DNA of 63,731 bases, filler included, from Aduncisulcus paluster (Eukaryota): the NCBI GenBank assembly GCA_024181965.1. It is 6 parts of 6 records of this genome, joined end to end, with 100 filler letters (N's around TTAATTAATTAA, not from the genome) between each part and the next. Parts side by side here need not be neighbours in the genome. Positions count along the whole stretch, not along the records: positions 11,468 to 20,008 come from BQXS01009956.1; positions 20,109 to 40,124 come from BQXS01009957.1; 4 more parts are not named here. One strand, given 5' to 3'. Of this stretch, positions 11,468 to 23,100 are shown piece after piece. Within the stretch, counting starts at the first letter, position 1. Each line of letters begins with the position of its first letter. The position numbers and the translations under genes were made by a program. Below the pieces are notes generated by a model that saw only the letters and a list, made by a program, of their open reading frames with translations, made no database searches and was not told the DNA's origin.

Positions 11468-12250
11468 CCCGTAAGAATACATCGCATTGGAGAATACAGT
11501 ATACGATCGCATACGATTCCAATTCCCCGACCGTCCACCTGGACTGGACGTCAGACAACTTCTTGGAGATGAAACAGATTGGGTTCTCTTTCCCAGTTTT
11601 CTTTTCTTGCTGCATTAGAACTCCCCCAATCCCCACCTTTGAAGCATCTGAATACAGGATAGGGGTCTCGTTTTCATTGAATGGGGCTAATACTATTGTT
11701 TTGGAAAGTTGACTTTTGATCTCCTTGAATGCATTCTGGCATTCAGGGGTCCACTCGAATGGTATGTCCTTTTTCGTTAGAGCAGAAATAGGAGCCATTA
11801 GTCTGGCCAACAATGGAATCACATCTTTGAAATAATTGAATATACCGATCACCCTGGAGGCTTCTTTCCTCGAAGAAGGAGCCGGTAAACGTTGGATTCC
11901 TTCTAATCGTTTTGGATTGATATGCCTTCCTTGTTGTGTTATCATCCATCCAAGATATTCAACCTCTTGGGTGCCAATGTGACATTTTTCGGGATTTATC
12001 GTCAACTTCTTCCTTCTTAATCTTTTTAGGACCTCATGCAGTCTTTCTTTGAATTCTTCTATAGAATCCCCATAAACAACGATGTCATCGAGGTAGACAA
12101 GACAGCCATGAAACAACATGTCTGCGAAGATCCCAATCATGATTTTCTGGAAGTGAGCCGGTGCGTTCCGGAGGCCGAAAGGCATGACATTCCATTCATA
12201 GAGTGATTTTGACGTTGCAAATGCTGTGAAATGTTTGCATTCCTCTTTTC
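11468..12250 (-). mobile_element. Ty3/gypsy LTR retrotransposon RT-RNase H fragment
   Basis: TAF..., YEWNVMPFGLRNAPAHFQ, YLDD, EKC...EVEYLG, RNase H SDASKVGIGGVL...SKKL...ELESYAI. The RT N-terminus is missing and the 3' end is cut by the spacer. Confidence 0.93.
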
Positions 12251-12976
12251 CTTTGCTTTCTATTATGACTTCCATCATTTCTCATTTCTCTTTTTTCCGA
12301 CTATTTTTCCAATTCTTCCAAGATTTTCCTTGCAATCTCTTTGTTTTATATCCATATTTTCTCCTAATATTCCTTTTTCGCCTTGCTAATAGGGTTGATT
12401 TTGTTTATATGTAATTTCCTCTATATCTCCATTTATACGACATAATTTTAAGAAATAGTTCTAAAATCCTTTTCTAGCTTCCTTTTTTACCTTAGGACTT
12501 CCTTAATTGAGCTTATTTTCCTTTTCCTTTATAGTAAAACTAACTTCTGGAGAAGACCTCGAAAACGGCATTAGATTTGCTCTACGGCGAAGTCGGTTTT
12601 TTCGATCGTTTTTCTTAATAAAAATTAATTGCCAAATTCACTTTATACCTTCTAAAGGTGCTAAACCTTGAATCTTTTCTTATTTTCCTTAAATTCAAAG
12701 ATTATTTTTTTCTTTTAGATCGATAAAAACACATTTGTAATTTTTTCCTTAAAAATTTTATAAATTTTGTAAAAACCTTTATTCAAGTTAAAATATTCAT
12801 TCTAGGAGCTATTCCTTTCCTCCCATCTTATTTTCAACTTGCCTTTACCCAATTTTCCTTCTAAAAATCCAGATATTACGGAAATACCTTACTTAAGCTT
12901 CCTATTGCTCGGATATTGTTAATTTTTCCTTTATATAACCGCTACCGATTTAAATTATCTCCTTTAGTGAGATAAT

Positions 12977-14690
12977 TCATTGGATCATCTCACCAACCTT
13001 GATATTTGCCTGGCCTTTATCTAATTTACCTTTTAATGCCTTATTACTTTCTAGATACTTATCCAACGCCTCACAATCTTTCACTGTGGGGAAATATTCC
13101 CAGATATTGTTCTCTTGGCTGTAATTTTTCCACTTAACGAGGAATTTTAACGGTAATTTACCTCCATGGCGATGTTTTATAATCTTTTCCACAATGTACT
13201 CTTCCTCATCCTTCCCATTGATGACCATTTCGTCCTTTTCCGAAACAAATGGGTCTTCAATGTATTTGACCATTCGTCTTACTGTATAAGTTCCTCTTCG
13301 CCTCCTTTAACCGGACCAACTTTGTATTTGTTCTCTGTTATTTTTTCCTTCACAATAAATGGTCCATTCAGTGGTGCTTTCTCCTTTTTACCTTGCTTTG
13401 GCTTGGATAATAGTATTTTCTCACCTATTTCGAATTTTAAAGGTTCTATTGCCGACATTTCCCTTTTATCATCACTCATCATTATTTTATCTGTCACATC
13501 CTCTTTAGCAAGTCCTTTTTCCACCAAAACTTTTTGAACTTCCGTTGAATCCGTCTCGATCAGTTCTCCTTCGCGTAAGAACATGCCATAGAAGGGCTGT
13601 ACCCTCGTTATGGAATTAATCCTCTGATTTAGTGTCTTCATTGCCAAATCCGCCAGTTTTTCTAGATCTGGGTCATTTTCCATGTTCCAAATCCGTTGTA
13701 TCTTGCGAATTTCTCGATTAATTCGTTCTACACGGCCATTCGCTTCATGATCATACGGTAATGTTGTTTTCTGTTCAATTACATTTTCTTTTAACCACTC
13801 CTGCATTCGTCCTCCCGTGAATTGTTTTCCTCCATCTGAACGTAAGGTATATGGTTTCCCAAACATTGAGAACCATTTCCTTAATATAATTATTGTTTCA
13901 TCGACAGTAACCGATTTTAAAGGAGCAATTAAAGTAAATCTAGTGAAGTCATCCACCAATACGAGCAAGTACCGGAAATCTTTTTCATCTATATCGCACG
14001 GACCAATGATATCCACCGAAACGCTCAGCCATGTACCAAAAGCACGTAAAGTCCCGTGGCCGTGGGGTTTGGTGCTTTTTAATTTTTGACATTTCAAGCA
14101 TTGTCGGGTGACATCCTTGGCTTTTTCTTTTAAATTGTCGATCTTAATTTCCTTTCTCTTACAGTAATTTTCTATCATTCCGCTTCCAGCATGCCCAAGT
14201 CTTTCGTGAATGTCTCGTATCAATTTATCATCATCTTCCAGCTCGTTTTGTTTCTCCACTTCCATCAAGCATGTCTCCACCGTGTCCTGGGCCCCAACTC
14301 GTGACAGGAAGTCGGCGAAACCGTTGGATTTACCAGGGATGTGCCGGATTTCCATATCGTATGGTGCCAATTGCAGTTTCCATCTCATCAGTTTTGGGAC
14401 TTCTGACTTATACAAGTAAATCAAGTTTTTATGATCTGTTTCCACGATAAACTTCTTTCCCAACAGTAAATACCTGTTTTTAGTTATGGCATATACTACG
14501 GCAAAGCATTCCTGTTCTATTACCGACCAGTTAGCCTCAACTTTCGAAAACTTTTTGCTGAATAGTGCTACGAGTCCTTCTTTTTCTGATCCTATTCTTT
14601 TCTGCCAGATTCCGCCTCCTATTCCTTTCGTGGAGCCGTCGGTCCTTACAATAAACGTTGCTTCTCTGCAGGGGTGTTGTAAGGTGTAGT
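12977..14690 (-). mobile_element. Chromovirus-type Ty3/gypsy pol fragment: RNase H, integrase, chromodomain (one frameshift)
   Basis: The frame stays open upstream of 14463 (VRTDGSTKGIGG...SKKF...EQECFAVVYA...ETDHKNL). HHCC zinc motif (HERLGH...CLKC), DDE (SVD, RSDGG, VERIN) and GPF motif. Chromodomain EEYIVEKIIKHR...FLVKWKNY...WE lies in a shifted frame at 13273-12977. Confidence 0.93.
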
Positions 14691-15376
14691 CATTTTGAGG
14701 ACTTCATTGAGGATTACTGCACTCCTCAATCTATAGATGTAGATACTGATGAAAGGATGAATGGATTCATTAGTACCTTCTCCTCTCCTCTGGGTTTAAA
14801 AGGTATAAAGGCTCTTGGAGTGCGAGCCCAGAATGCTTTGAGAACAATAACGGTGAACGAATCATTTGACATTGGACCCTGTGATCCACATTGGAGACCA
14901 ACACACGGTGTTTGGTGTACCATTGGAGCTGAAGATGGTGGATATAATTTTGTCAAGATAATTTCCCTGCAAAAAGTGCCAAATTCTGAAGCAGATCGGG
15001 TAAAACGCCAAATGATAACATTAAAAAGTCGACATCCCGGTGTAAGTTTCTATTTTATTCGCTATTATAAATCCGATGGCATTGATGAGATTAGTCGTGA
15101 CTGTCTTTTATCTCCATGGGAAGATCAGGAAGGAGACAGCTATGATGTTGAGGCTCAAGGAAGTATGTTGCGTGAAGTCAGAGTTTATGATAATCGTTTA
15201 ATTCGGTTTCATCCCATGAACCAGTTTTATTTCGAATAAAATCACTATTTTTAGGAAATGACCAAAATGAGATCAAATTTGGTCGGGAAAATCAGATCAA
15301 TGTTTGATCCACTTTTGGTCTCGGATCAAAAAAGGATCAAATTTGGTCTGTGAAATTGGTCCATGTTTGCTCTGGG
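14690..15376 (+). mobile_element. Probable 3' end of a CMC/EnSpm(CACTA)-like DNA transposon: 5'-truncated ORF to 15239 plus subterminal repeats
   Basis: The ORF abuts the gypsy fragment and has no real start. It is followed by clustered GATCAAATTTGGTC/TTTGGTC/GACCAAA motifs in both orientations at 15260-15362, ending in ...GGTCTGTG (15352) or ...GCTCTGGG (15376). Confidence 0.45.
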
Positions 15377-15866
15377 ACCATTTTCAGACGAAAATTTCCC
15401 ACCATGTATTTATTTTATGTTGTTGAATTCTTCAAATATGAAGTATTTTCAGTTTTAGAAGATGGTCAATTTTTACGGGAACACCTTGCAAATAACTTAA
15501 TAATAATTATACGGGTGTGCACAAAACAAACGGTTGAAAACGGCAACCGATACCATTTTCTTAAAGTCCATTTTGATGCTGTATTTAATACGAGAAGTCA
15601 TTATAAGCTCCAAATATGCTATTAGAATCGTGATACGATTAACAGAAACCGAGATACAGGAAATTCAGACATATCTCTTTGAAAACTTCTTTAATACTAT
15701 TAATATTACTAATATTACTAGTAGTAATATTTTAATTATCATATTTAAAAGACGCATTAAATGAATTCATTTATCTGGAAATATCGCTCGAGAAATATCT
15801 CTGTAGCAGGAGAAATTGGAAGAAGTGTGACTTGACCAACCAGCAACAATTGCAAAATAATTGCAT

Positions 15867-15959
15867 AAAATTTTAGCACAATAATTTATAATTATTTGAT
15901 GAAAATCAGACAAAATTTTAGCATAATTTAATTATTTGATGAAAATCAGGTAAAATTTC
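15867..15959. repeat. Imperfect tandem duplication (about 40-45 bp unit)
   Basis: AAAATTTTAGCA...TAATTATTTGATGAAAATCAG occurs twice. Confidence 0.75.
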
Positions 15960-16190
15960 AGTGAAATAATACTAGCCATAATGCGTGGAAAAAGACCCTT
16001 CTTTTCGTAATTTCTCCTCCCCTTTGGACCTTATGAACCAATTTGGTGACAGTGAGAGAGGGATGATGGTGAATATTGGAGAGTCTGGTCTTCGACTATA
16101 AGCCCTGAGGGGTTACATCCGCCGCAAGAGCCTCAGCTCTGGGCCTGATATTGATGGTTTCTTGATAACACCTTAATAAACTGTCTGACT

Positions 16191-16477
16191 ACTTGCTCAG
16201 ATTCAGAAGATCACTTTCGATGCAAAGTCTTGCACTTACCATGAGAGCCAGACTGATCAAAAAGATTTGATACTACTCCATACACTAATGTATTTGCCTT
16301 GCAGCTCCATTCACCCCAGTATCAACCCTCTTCTGTCACTTGCTCAGATTCAGAAGATCACTTTCGATTTTTATTTGATTGACATCTCAGTGCCTAACAA
16401 AACTAATCTCTCTTTATTTGATTGACATCTCAGTGCCTAACAACACTATTCTCTTTTTACTTGGTTGACATCTCAGT
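16191..16477. repeat. 31-bp direct repeat plus a 43-bp tandem repeat (about 2.5 copies)
   Basis: ACTTGCTCAGATTCAGAAGATCACTTTCGAT at 16191-16221 and 16338-16368. TTGACATCTCAGT at 16379, 16422 and 16465 (period 43). Confidence 0.85.
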
Positions 16478-16951
16478 AGTACAGTATATGTTTACAATAC
16501 TGTACAAATCGTGTATAGTATGCCTCTATAAAAGTGATTGTGGAGCATGCTATAGTAAAGATACGGAGATTCTGAAAAAGAATGACCTATATAGAGGGTG
16601 GTTAATGAAGGAATATATAAATAGATTCTTGAGAAAGTCAACAGTTCTTGAGATACAGGGGTCAACTTTGAGGTATACAATACTGATAGATGCCCAGGAG
16701 GAAGACGGTGCCACAGAGGAGTCATGACCTTTGAAGATTCAGAACACCTTACACCCTATAAAGCTCTAGACCTGGAGAAGAATGTGTAACGGTACGGGCA
16801 AGTCACTGCATATGGTTCAAACCTTAAGGGAACAAACCCAGATCTTGGTTGAGATGATACATACCTACGGTATACCAGAAGAAGGAGAATAGTTGAGACC
16901 ATCGACGAAACCTTCCTGCATGTAACCGTGGAAGTGATTTCCGTGCGCTGG

Positions 16952-17355
16952 ATCACCATCCCTTTCCGTTTCCCTCTACCAAGGATAGATGATGCTCTGA
17001 AGGTCTTGCAGGATCTTCCGTGTTTGGAACCTTAGATTTCTCTAGTGGGTTTCATTTGGTGCCGATTGCTGAAGAATACCGACATTTGACAGTATTTAGA
17101 ATACCTACGGGCATTTATGAGTACAACTGTATGCCTTTCGGGCTTATGAATGCTCCCGCTCACTTTCAACTTGTAATGCAGTCAGCATTTGTAGATTTGG
17201 TTGCCAATGGAAGATGCATCATATACATTGATGATATCATTATCCTTGGCCACTCTGATGAGGAATTTTGATGAAATTCTTCAAAGATGTGCCTTTGGGA
17301 TTGAGAATCAACTTTGATAAGTGTTCTTTTGGAAAAAGAAGTGTAGAGTTCCTTA
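16952..17355 (+). pseudogene. Degenerate Ty3/gypsy reverse transcriptase
   Basis: FPLPRIDDALK, then a frameshift near 17003, then LDFSSGFH...YEYNCMPFGLMNAPAHFQ...YIDD, then a stop/frameshift at 17271, then INFDKCSFGKRSVEFL. Confidence 0.9.
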
Positions 17356-18040
17356 TCAAGTTTGTACAAAAATAACATTAAATCTGCACAAAAAATCACG
17401 TCAAAATTTATTACATTCCCACGTCAGATTAGTATAAGGTTTAATGGAAGAGCCAGATCTCCAATGTGCTGTGAGTACAACTCAGATCAGCCGGAGAGGA
17501 CATTGTAACCAGATTATGTTGAGACGCCAGAACCCCTAACTTGCTCTTTTTCCCAAGCGGTTTCTTCAAGTGAGGTTCAGGTTCTGGTGGGAAGTGTTGG
17601 TGAGAAGGTCTATTTTTAGAACCATCACATCTCTCTGTTTTATTTCAATAAATGTACCAACCTTAAGCTTAGAGGTAGCAACAAGCCGGGGTAACCTCCG
17701 TGCAAGATAAGCCAGCGAGACTCCTGAGAACCATTGCTCAGTTATCAAAGGCCGGTACGGCGAGAGCTCCCTCGGCTAGGTTCACTTCCAATTAACGAAA
17801 AACTAAGTATTGTAAAGATTTGAAAGAAAAGGGTGTATTGGCTCAGAATAAAATACAGCAATTATGATATTTTATTCTGAATTGTATTATTTTTATCTTA
17901 TTTTAATTTTATTTTCTTGTTCTTTGTAATTCTCGAAGTCTATTTTTAGATTACACGGTTCATCCTTTTTCAAGTAAATTTGCTCAGCTAGTACAAGGGT
18001 ACAGGATGTGAGGAAGGTGAAGGTCACTCCTTTCGAGTTC

Positions 18041-19003
18041 TCCCCCGGTTCGTGGGGGGAACAGATAGATGGTTGGAGGAGAATCGGATTGAGCAGGGGC
18101 ATGCTAAGGGAACTGGAGATGGGGATTTCCCTACCACTCTCATCGAGAGCAGAGGGCCCCGTTCATGACCTCAGAAGAGATTTTCTACCACTAATCGAAG
18201 AGTATTTGAAGATAGGAGTGCTTGTGGAGGCTCCGGTGAAAGCCGCTTTTCCGGTTTCCACGGTCCCAAAGAAAGGGACATCCGAGATAAGATTGATTCA
18301 CGACCTGAGAGGTCTCAACAGAAGGATATCGCCTCAAAAGTTCGCGCTAAAGACCCTGGCCGAAGCCCTCCCAATGCTTCAGAGAGGGGATCGAGCTCAG
18401 AGGAGATGATGAAGGAAGCGCAGTTGTTGATGGAGGTAACGAGGGCACGGAGTATTACGCTGATCCCGCTGTGGATCCCGAGAGAATGGAACAGCGAAGC
18501 AGACAAACTCTCACGCCCGGGCGAAGAGGTGGAGAAGAGACACCCGGACGTAGAGAAAATATTCAAGAGGACGGGTCCGTTGGCCAGAGAGTGGCATAAC
18601 GGCGGGGAGTTATCCCTGTGGAAGATGGCAAGTGTGGCTAGGAAACACCAAGAACGGAAGAGATTATACAAAGAGAATTGAGAATGAAGGTAGCCTCGGT
18701 GCAGCGAGACTTATTAACAGATGGAAGCGTACAAGGGACGAATTACTTTTCATTTCGAACAAGAATTACACCAGTGTGAACCGGAAACTAAAGGAATTGC
18801 GAGAGGCTGAAGAAAGCGGCGAGCGAAGTAATAGGTTCATCGAAGGTGGGAATTCATGGGTTCCGAAGAGGGGTAGTCCAGGACCTTGCCCTAAGACGAG
18901 TAGATTCATATCTAATTATGGCCATGGTGGCTGGGAATCGGAGGAAGTTTTCGAGCATATCAGGCAGGAATGGTACGAGAAGAAATTGGGGTTGATGGAG
19001 TAA
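18041..19003 (+). mobile_element. Internally deleted DIRS/Ngaro-type tyrosine-recombinase retrotransposon (RT, RNase H and YR remnants)
   Basis: RT N-terminus W..IG...GISLP...VPKKGTSEIRLIHDLRGLN...KFALKTL...GD; RNase H end WIPREWNSEADKLSR; YR motifs HGFRRG (18855-18872) and, after a frameshift, HGGWES. Confidence 0.8.
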
Positions 19004-19409
19004 GAAGGGCATTCGGATTTAAATAGGTGGATTAGGGGTGCTTCTTTTAGACTTCACGGACAAGTTCTGGTATAACCAGACTTTTATTAGGAAGCCGAAG
19101 GCCAGAAGAAGCACTAGGAGAAGGTGTATTTCAGCTCGCTGGAAATATCTGATTTTCCTGCCAATTTGACACGAGATAATGAGCAAAGCTGATCATTCTT
19201 TACTTTTGGAGCTTAAAGATGACATTAAACTCATCAAAAGGAGATTTTCTTCAGGGTTACCAATATTAACTAGAGATGCACGAAGCCTCTCAATTCAGGA
19301 CACAACCCATATATTAAACCTGGCATCGGATTTAAATATGTAAATCGATAATAGTTCTAGCATTAGAACTAAATTTAATTCCCTTTTAGTCAAAGATTTA
19401 AAATGGCAA

Positions 19410-20008
19410 TCAAATGCCACTCCGAACAGGCACAATTAGCTTGTCTTTGTCGAATGAAGTGTACCCGAGATCACCCGCAGTAACTGCATTAACTCTTCCG
19501 GATATCCCTTTTATCGGCACAGATAGAGATGGGGATACCAAGGAATATATATAGAAGCCGATAATATTTCTAGGATATTCAGAGCAACTTATCTCCAATT
19601 GTTCCTGATCGTATCGGAATACCCTGCCCTTTATCACGGTGGATGACACGGATGACTTAAATTGGACAATTCCCATCTCATTGTCATAAAAGTAATATCT
19701 ACCCTCTTTAAAGTTGATATCTGGGTAAGATATCGTCGGCTGTTTAAGGTGCAAGAATGGCAGTACTTCAGCGGCCAACTTGTGCTTTTGAGGGGTTGTG
19801 AGGAGCTTAGAATATACAGCCTTCACGTTCTTATTCAACCTTTCACCCACTTGAGCAGAATAATGGGACATTCTTCCACAGTCCTGGATCCATGACTTAA
19901 GATGAACAGGCAAATGAGGTTTCAACTTGCTGATCACCTTCCCAGCTGTAAAGGAGTTAGCCAGGACACAAAGCGGAGCCCAAACAGAACGATGGAGCCG
20001 GATAAGAT
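19410..20008 (-). mobile_element. CMC/EnSpm- or Plavaka-like DDE transposase, C-terminal fragment
   Basis: KPHLPVHLKSWIQDCGRMSHYSAQVGERLNKNVKAVY matches the K.H...H....I...G.....S....E..N/H...K motif around the third catalytic Glu. The frame is open to the contig edge at 20008. Confidence 0.7.
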
Positions 20009-20108
20009 NNNNNNNNNNNNNNNNNNNNNNNNNNNNNNNNNNNNNNNNNNNNTTAATTAATTAANNNNNNNNNNNNNNNNNNNNNNNNNNNNNNNNNNNN
20101 NNNNNNNN
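20009..20108. other. Artificial contig spacer
   Basis: N44-TTAATTAATTAA-N44. Confidence 0.98.
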
Positions 20109-20109
20109 G

Positions 20110-23100
20110 CCTCGAGAGAAACTCACACTTCAAAACATGAGGATTCCTATTTTTGATCAACTTGGAGCCAATATTGTTGATTGTCGTACTGGTCAACCCT
20201 TTCCGATGCCATATTCTACAGATTTTCCTCTAACAATTGAAGAAATTGAACGCCAAATGGAAGCTCAACGCCGGCTCGAGGAGGCAAGTATTCAGAAAAG
20301 TATTCTTCAATCAAAAGAAGGTGATAAAGCAGCATTCTCAAAAGAACATGAGAAACAGAAAGAAGGTGAAAAAGAAGAGCATAAAAAAGGCCAACAGGAA
20401 TCCAAAAAAGAACGACATAAAAGGCGGGTTCGTACGACAAAATTAAAGAAAGTAAGAAGGGAATTCTTGCAACTCAATGATGATATTCTCCGCCAATCAA
20501 CAATCTCATTCCATATTAAGAGTGGAGAAAGTAAGTATGTTAATTGTATTCGGCCGACAGACTGTGTTTTGATGGGTTGTGCAATTTGTGTTGGAGATAG
20601 TGAATATGTCGACTCAACAAAAGAACAGCCTGAAAATAGTGGAGCCAAATCATCAAAGAAAAAAGAATCGAAGTCGAAAGAAAAAGTTAATTTAGACAGA
20701 TTGTTTGCGACGACAGCAGATTGTCCAGTTCTTGTTTCTTCTCCTGAAATTTTATCGGAACGCCACAGAATGTTCCATCAATCAATGTTAAATAATACAT
20801 CTTTGAGTGTTCATAGTGTCAGATCCGCATGGTCACATGCTAGTTTGAAAAAAGAATTACTTCTAACAGAAATATTTAGGAAATCAGAACTCTACGAACC
20901 ACCTAAAAATAAGACAAAACTTCTTCGATTGGGAGTTGAACTTTCTTTCTTTGCTGAAGCAGCCGTTAGAGTATCTATTTTCCCACCTCATGTGATGTTA
21001 AATAGAACTCGCTTTAATTTTGTAATGGATGCTCTTGAAAACTCAATGGCCATTCCGAATCATTTGCCACCAAAGTCATTTTCAATTGTTGGTTATCCAA
21101 GACACGTTCGCAAGACTGCGGCTGCAAGGAAAGGTGCAGAAGTATCCATTTATATCGATGGCCAACCCGATAATTTTACTGAAGTCGGTGAATTGTCATC
21201 TTTAGCAACAAGCGGTGTTTTATATCACCGGACAGTGATTCAAACAGCTGACTGGGAATCTTACAATGTGGCAGTTCCTCTTTTAATCAGATCTCGTCTT
21301 ACTCCGGAGTCTCTTTCTCTCTGTCTTTCGTTTTCGTATTATTTCAAAATGATTAATGCAAGTGAATCAAATGTTCTCATGACATGTGTTGATAAAAAGA
21401 GCAAACCAAGCTTTTTGAAAGCTTTTACTCGTGTCATGCAACCTGGACAACAAGAAGAACTCACAGCATTCAAGTGTAGATATGAGCGAACAACTCCTGA
21501 ACCTGTGATTTGGCTTAGAATTGGTGATGATCTTGGAATAGGCTGCTGCAGTGGTGTGTCAATGCTCAAGACAGGAGAACATTTTATTCCTAAGCTTGGA
21601 AAAGGAACTGATATTGAAAGATTGATTGAAGAAGAAGTTGAAAACAAGAGGAAGAAACATGAATCGAAAAAAGATAAGGCTTCGAAAGATGGAGAAAAGC
21701 CAAGTGATTCCTTACATATTGTCGACACTAATCATTCTGATATAGAGTGTATTTATGAGAGTAGTACTGAAGATGAGGAGACCAGTATTCAAGGTTCTCA
21801 TGAAGAAGAAAAAGAAGAGCAACATATTATTGAAACCATTGATGAAGGTAGTGAATCCAAAGACCTTATTTCCTCTCCCAATGGGACAAGTTCTTCGAGT
21901 GAAGACTCATACCAACTATCTCCTTCATTGGAGACTCAGCTAAGACAGGCTAAAGAGTATTGGAGAATTGTTATCAGTGAACAAAAGGACAATGTCGTAC
22001 AAGTTGTCTTTGGTGAGTGTAAATATGAAGATTTACCGTTTATCATTGAAAATAATACAGATATGGTTGTTCAAATTTGGGAATTAAGTAAGACTTCATT
22101 GTATCTTGGTTCAGGAAAGATAGTGAAGCAAAAGGGAAGCTTTTTAGTGGATAGCCATTCCTCGAGTCTGTTTAGTTTGCCCAATAATATGTCTGAATGC
22201 AAATGGAGTATTGGACCATTTCATACTAAGAGAAAAATACGGCTCAACGAACCAAAAATTGTTGAAATTGATCTCAAAGAGAGAAAGAAGAAAGGAACAG
22301 TCTATCCAGCGACTTGTGTTGTGGTAAAAGTCTTCTTTCGAGGAAGGAAACGAGTGCTCTCAATTTCTGACAAGGCCTCTGAGGATAGTCAAGATGTGGA
22401 TATAGATTTGATACCAACTAAATTCCATCCGATGTTTTTGCTCACTCAAGGGCATATAAGTGATCTTTTTGGATCCATTGGTCTCGTTCTTCCAATGATT
22501 CGTGTGAGAGTATTTGTTGGGAGATCGAAATTAAAAGAATTGATCACGATTTCTCTGGTTAATTTATCTGTTAATTTGGTCACTGGAGTGAAAGCTATTG
22601 GATTTGAAGTTAAGGTTGGGTATGTTCAAGTTGATAATCATGATGAATTTTGTCAATTCTCTGTGCCCTTACAACTCATGGGTTATACAACAGTGAAGAA
22701 AGAGAGCGAGGGTAAAAGAATTACGGCTGCAGAATTAAGTGGGAAAAGTGACCCGGCCTTTTCTCTTCGAATTGTAAAACAAATTCATCTGGGAACGCAA
22801 GGAAGTGACTTCAATGAAGGAATCACTCCTGTTGAAGAATTTGTCATTTCCCTTCCTGGTGTTGTCATTTCCTTGGATGGGAATATTTTACATACTATTC
22901 TTGCTCTTGCTGTTGAATATAGTCCTGTGAAAAATACAAGAATTGATTACCGGATGAATTGGATTCAGAATTTCCAACATGGTCTTCTGCCTGGTGAGAA
23001 GGATTCCATCAGCCAAAATGAACTTGAGGAGAGATTCATGGAATTGATGAAAGGAGAAATGTCCCATGATGATATTTTGGCTTGTATTATCCATAAAAGG

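Noticed and set aside
12280-12976. Possible LTR and polypurine tract downstream of the chromodomain
   Set aside because: The minus strand is purine-rich throughout, but I could not identify a TG...CA bounded repeat or a second copy.
16370-16477. Regularly spaced repeats resembling a CRISPR array
   Set aside because: The intervening sequences are about 12 bp and similar to each other, so this is a 43-bp tandem repeat. The context is eukaryotic and there are no cas genes.
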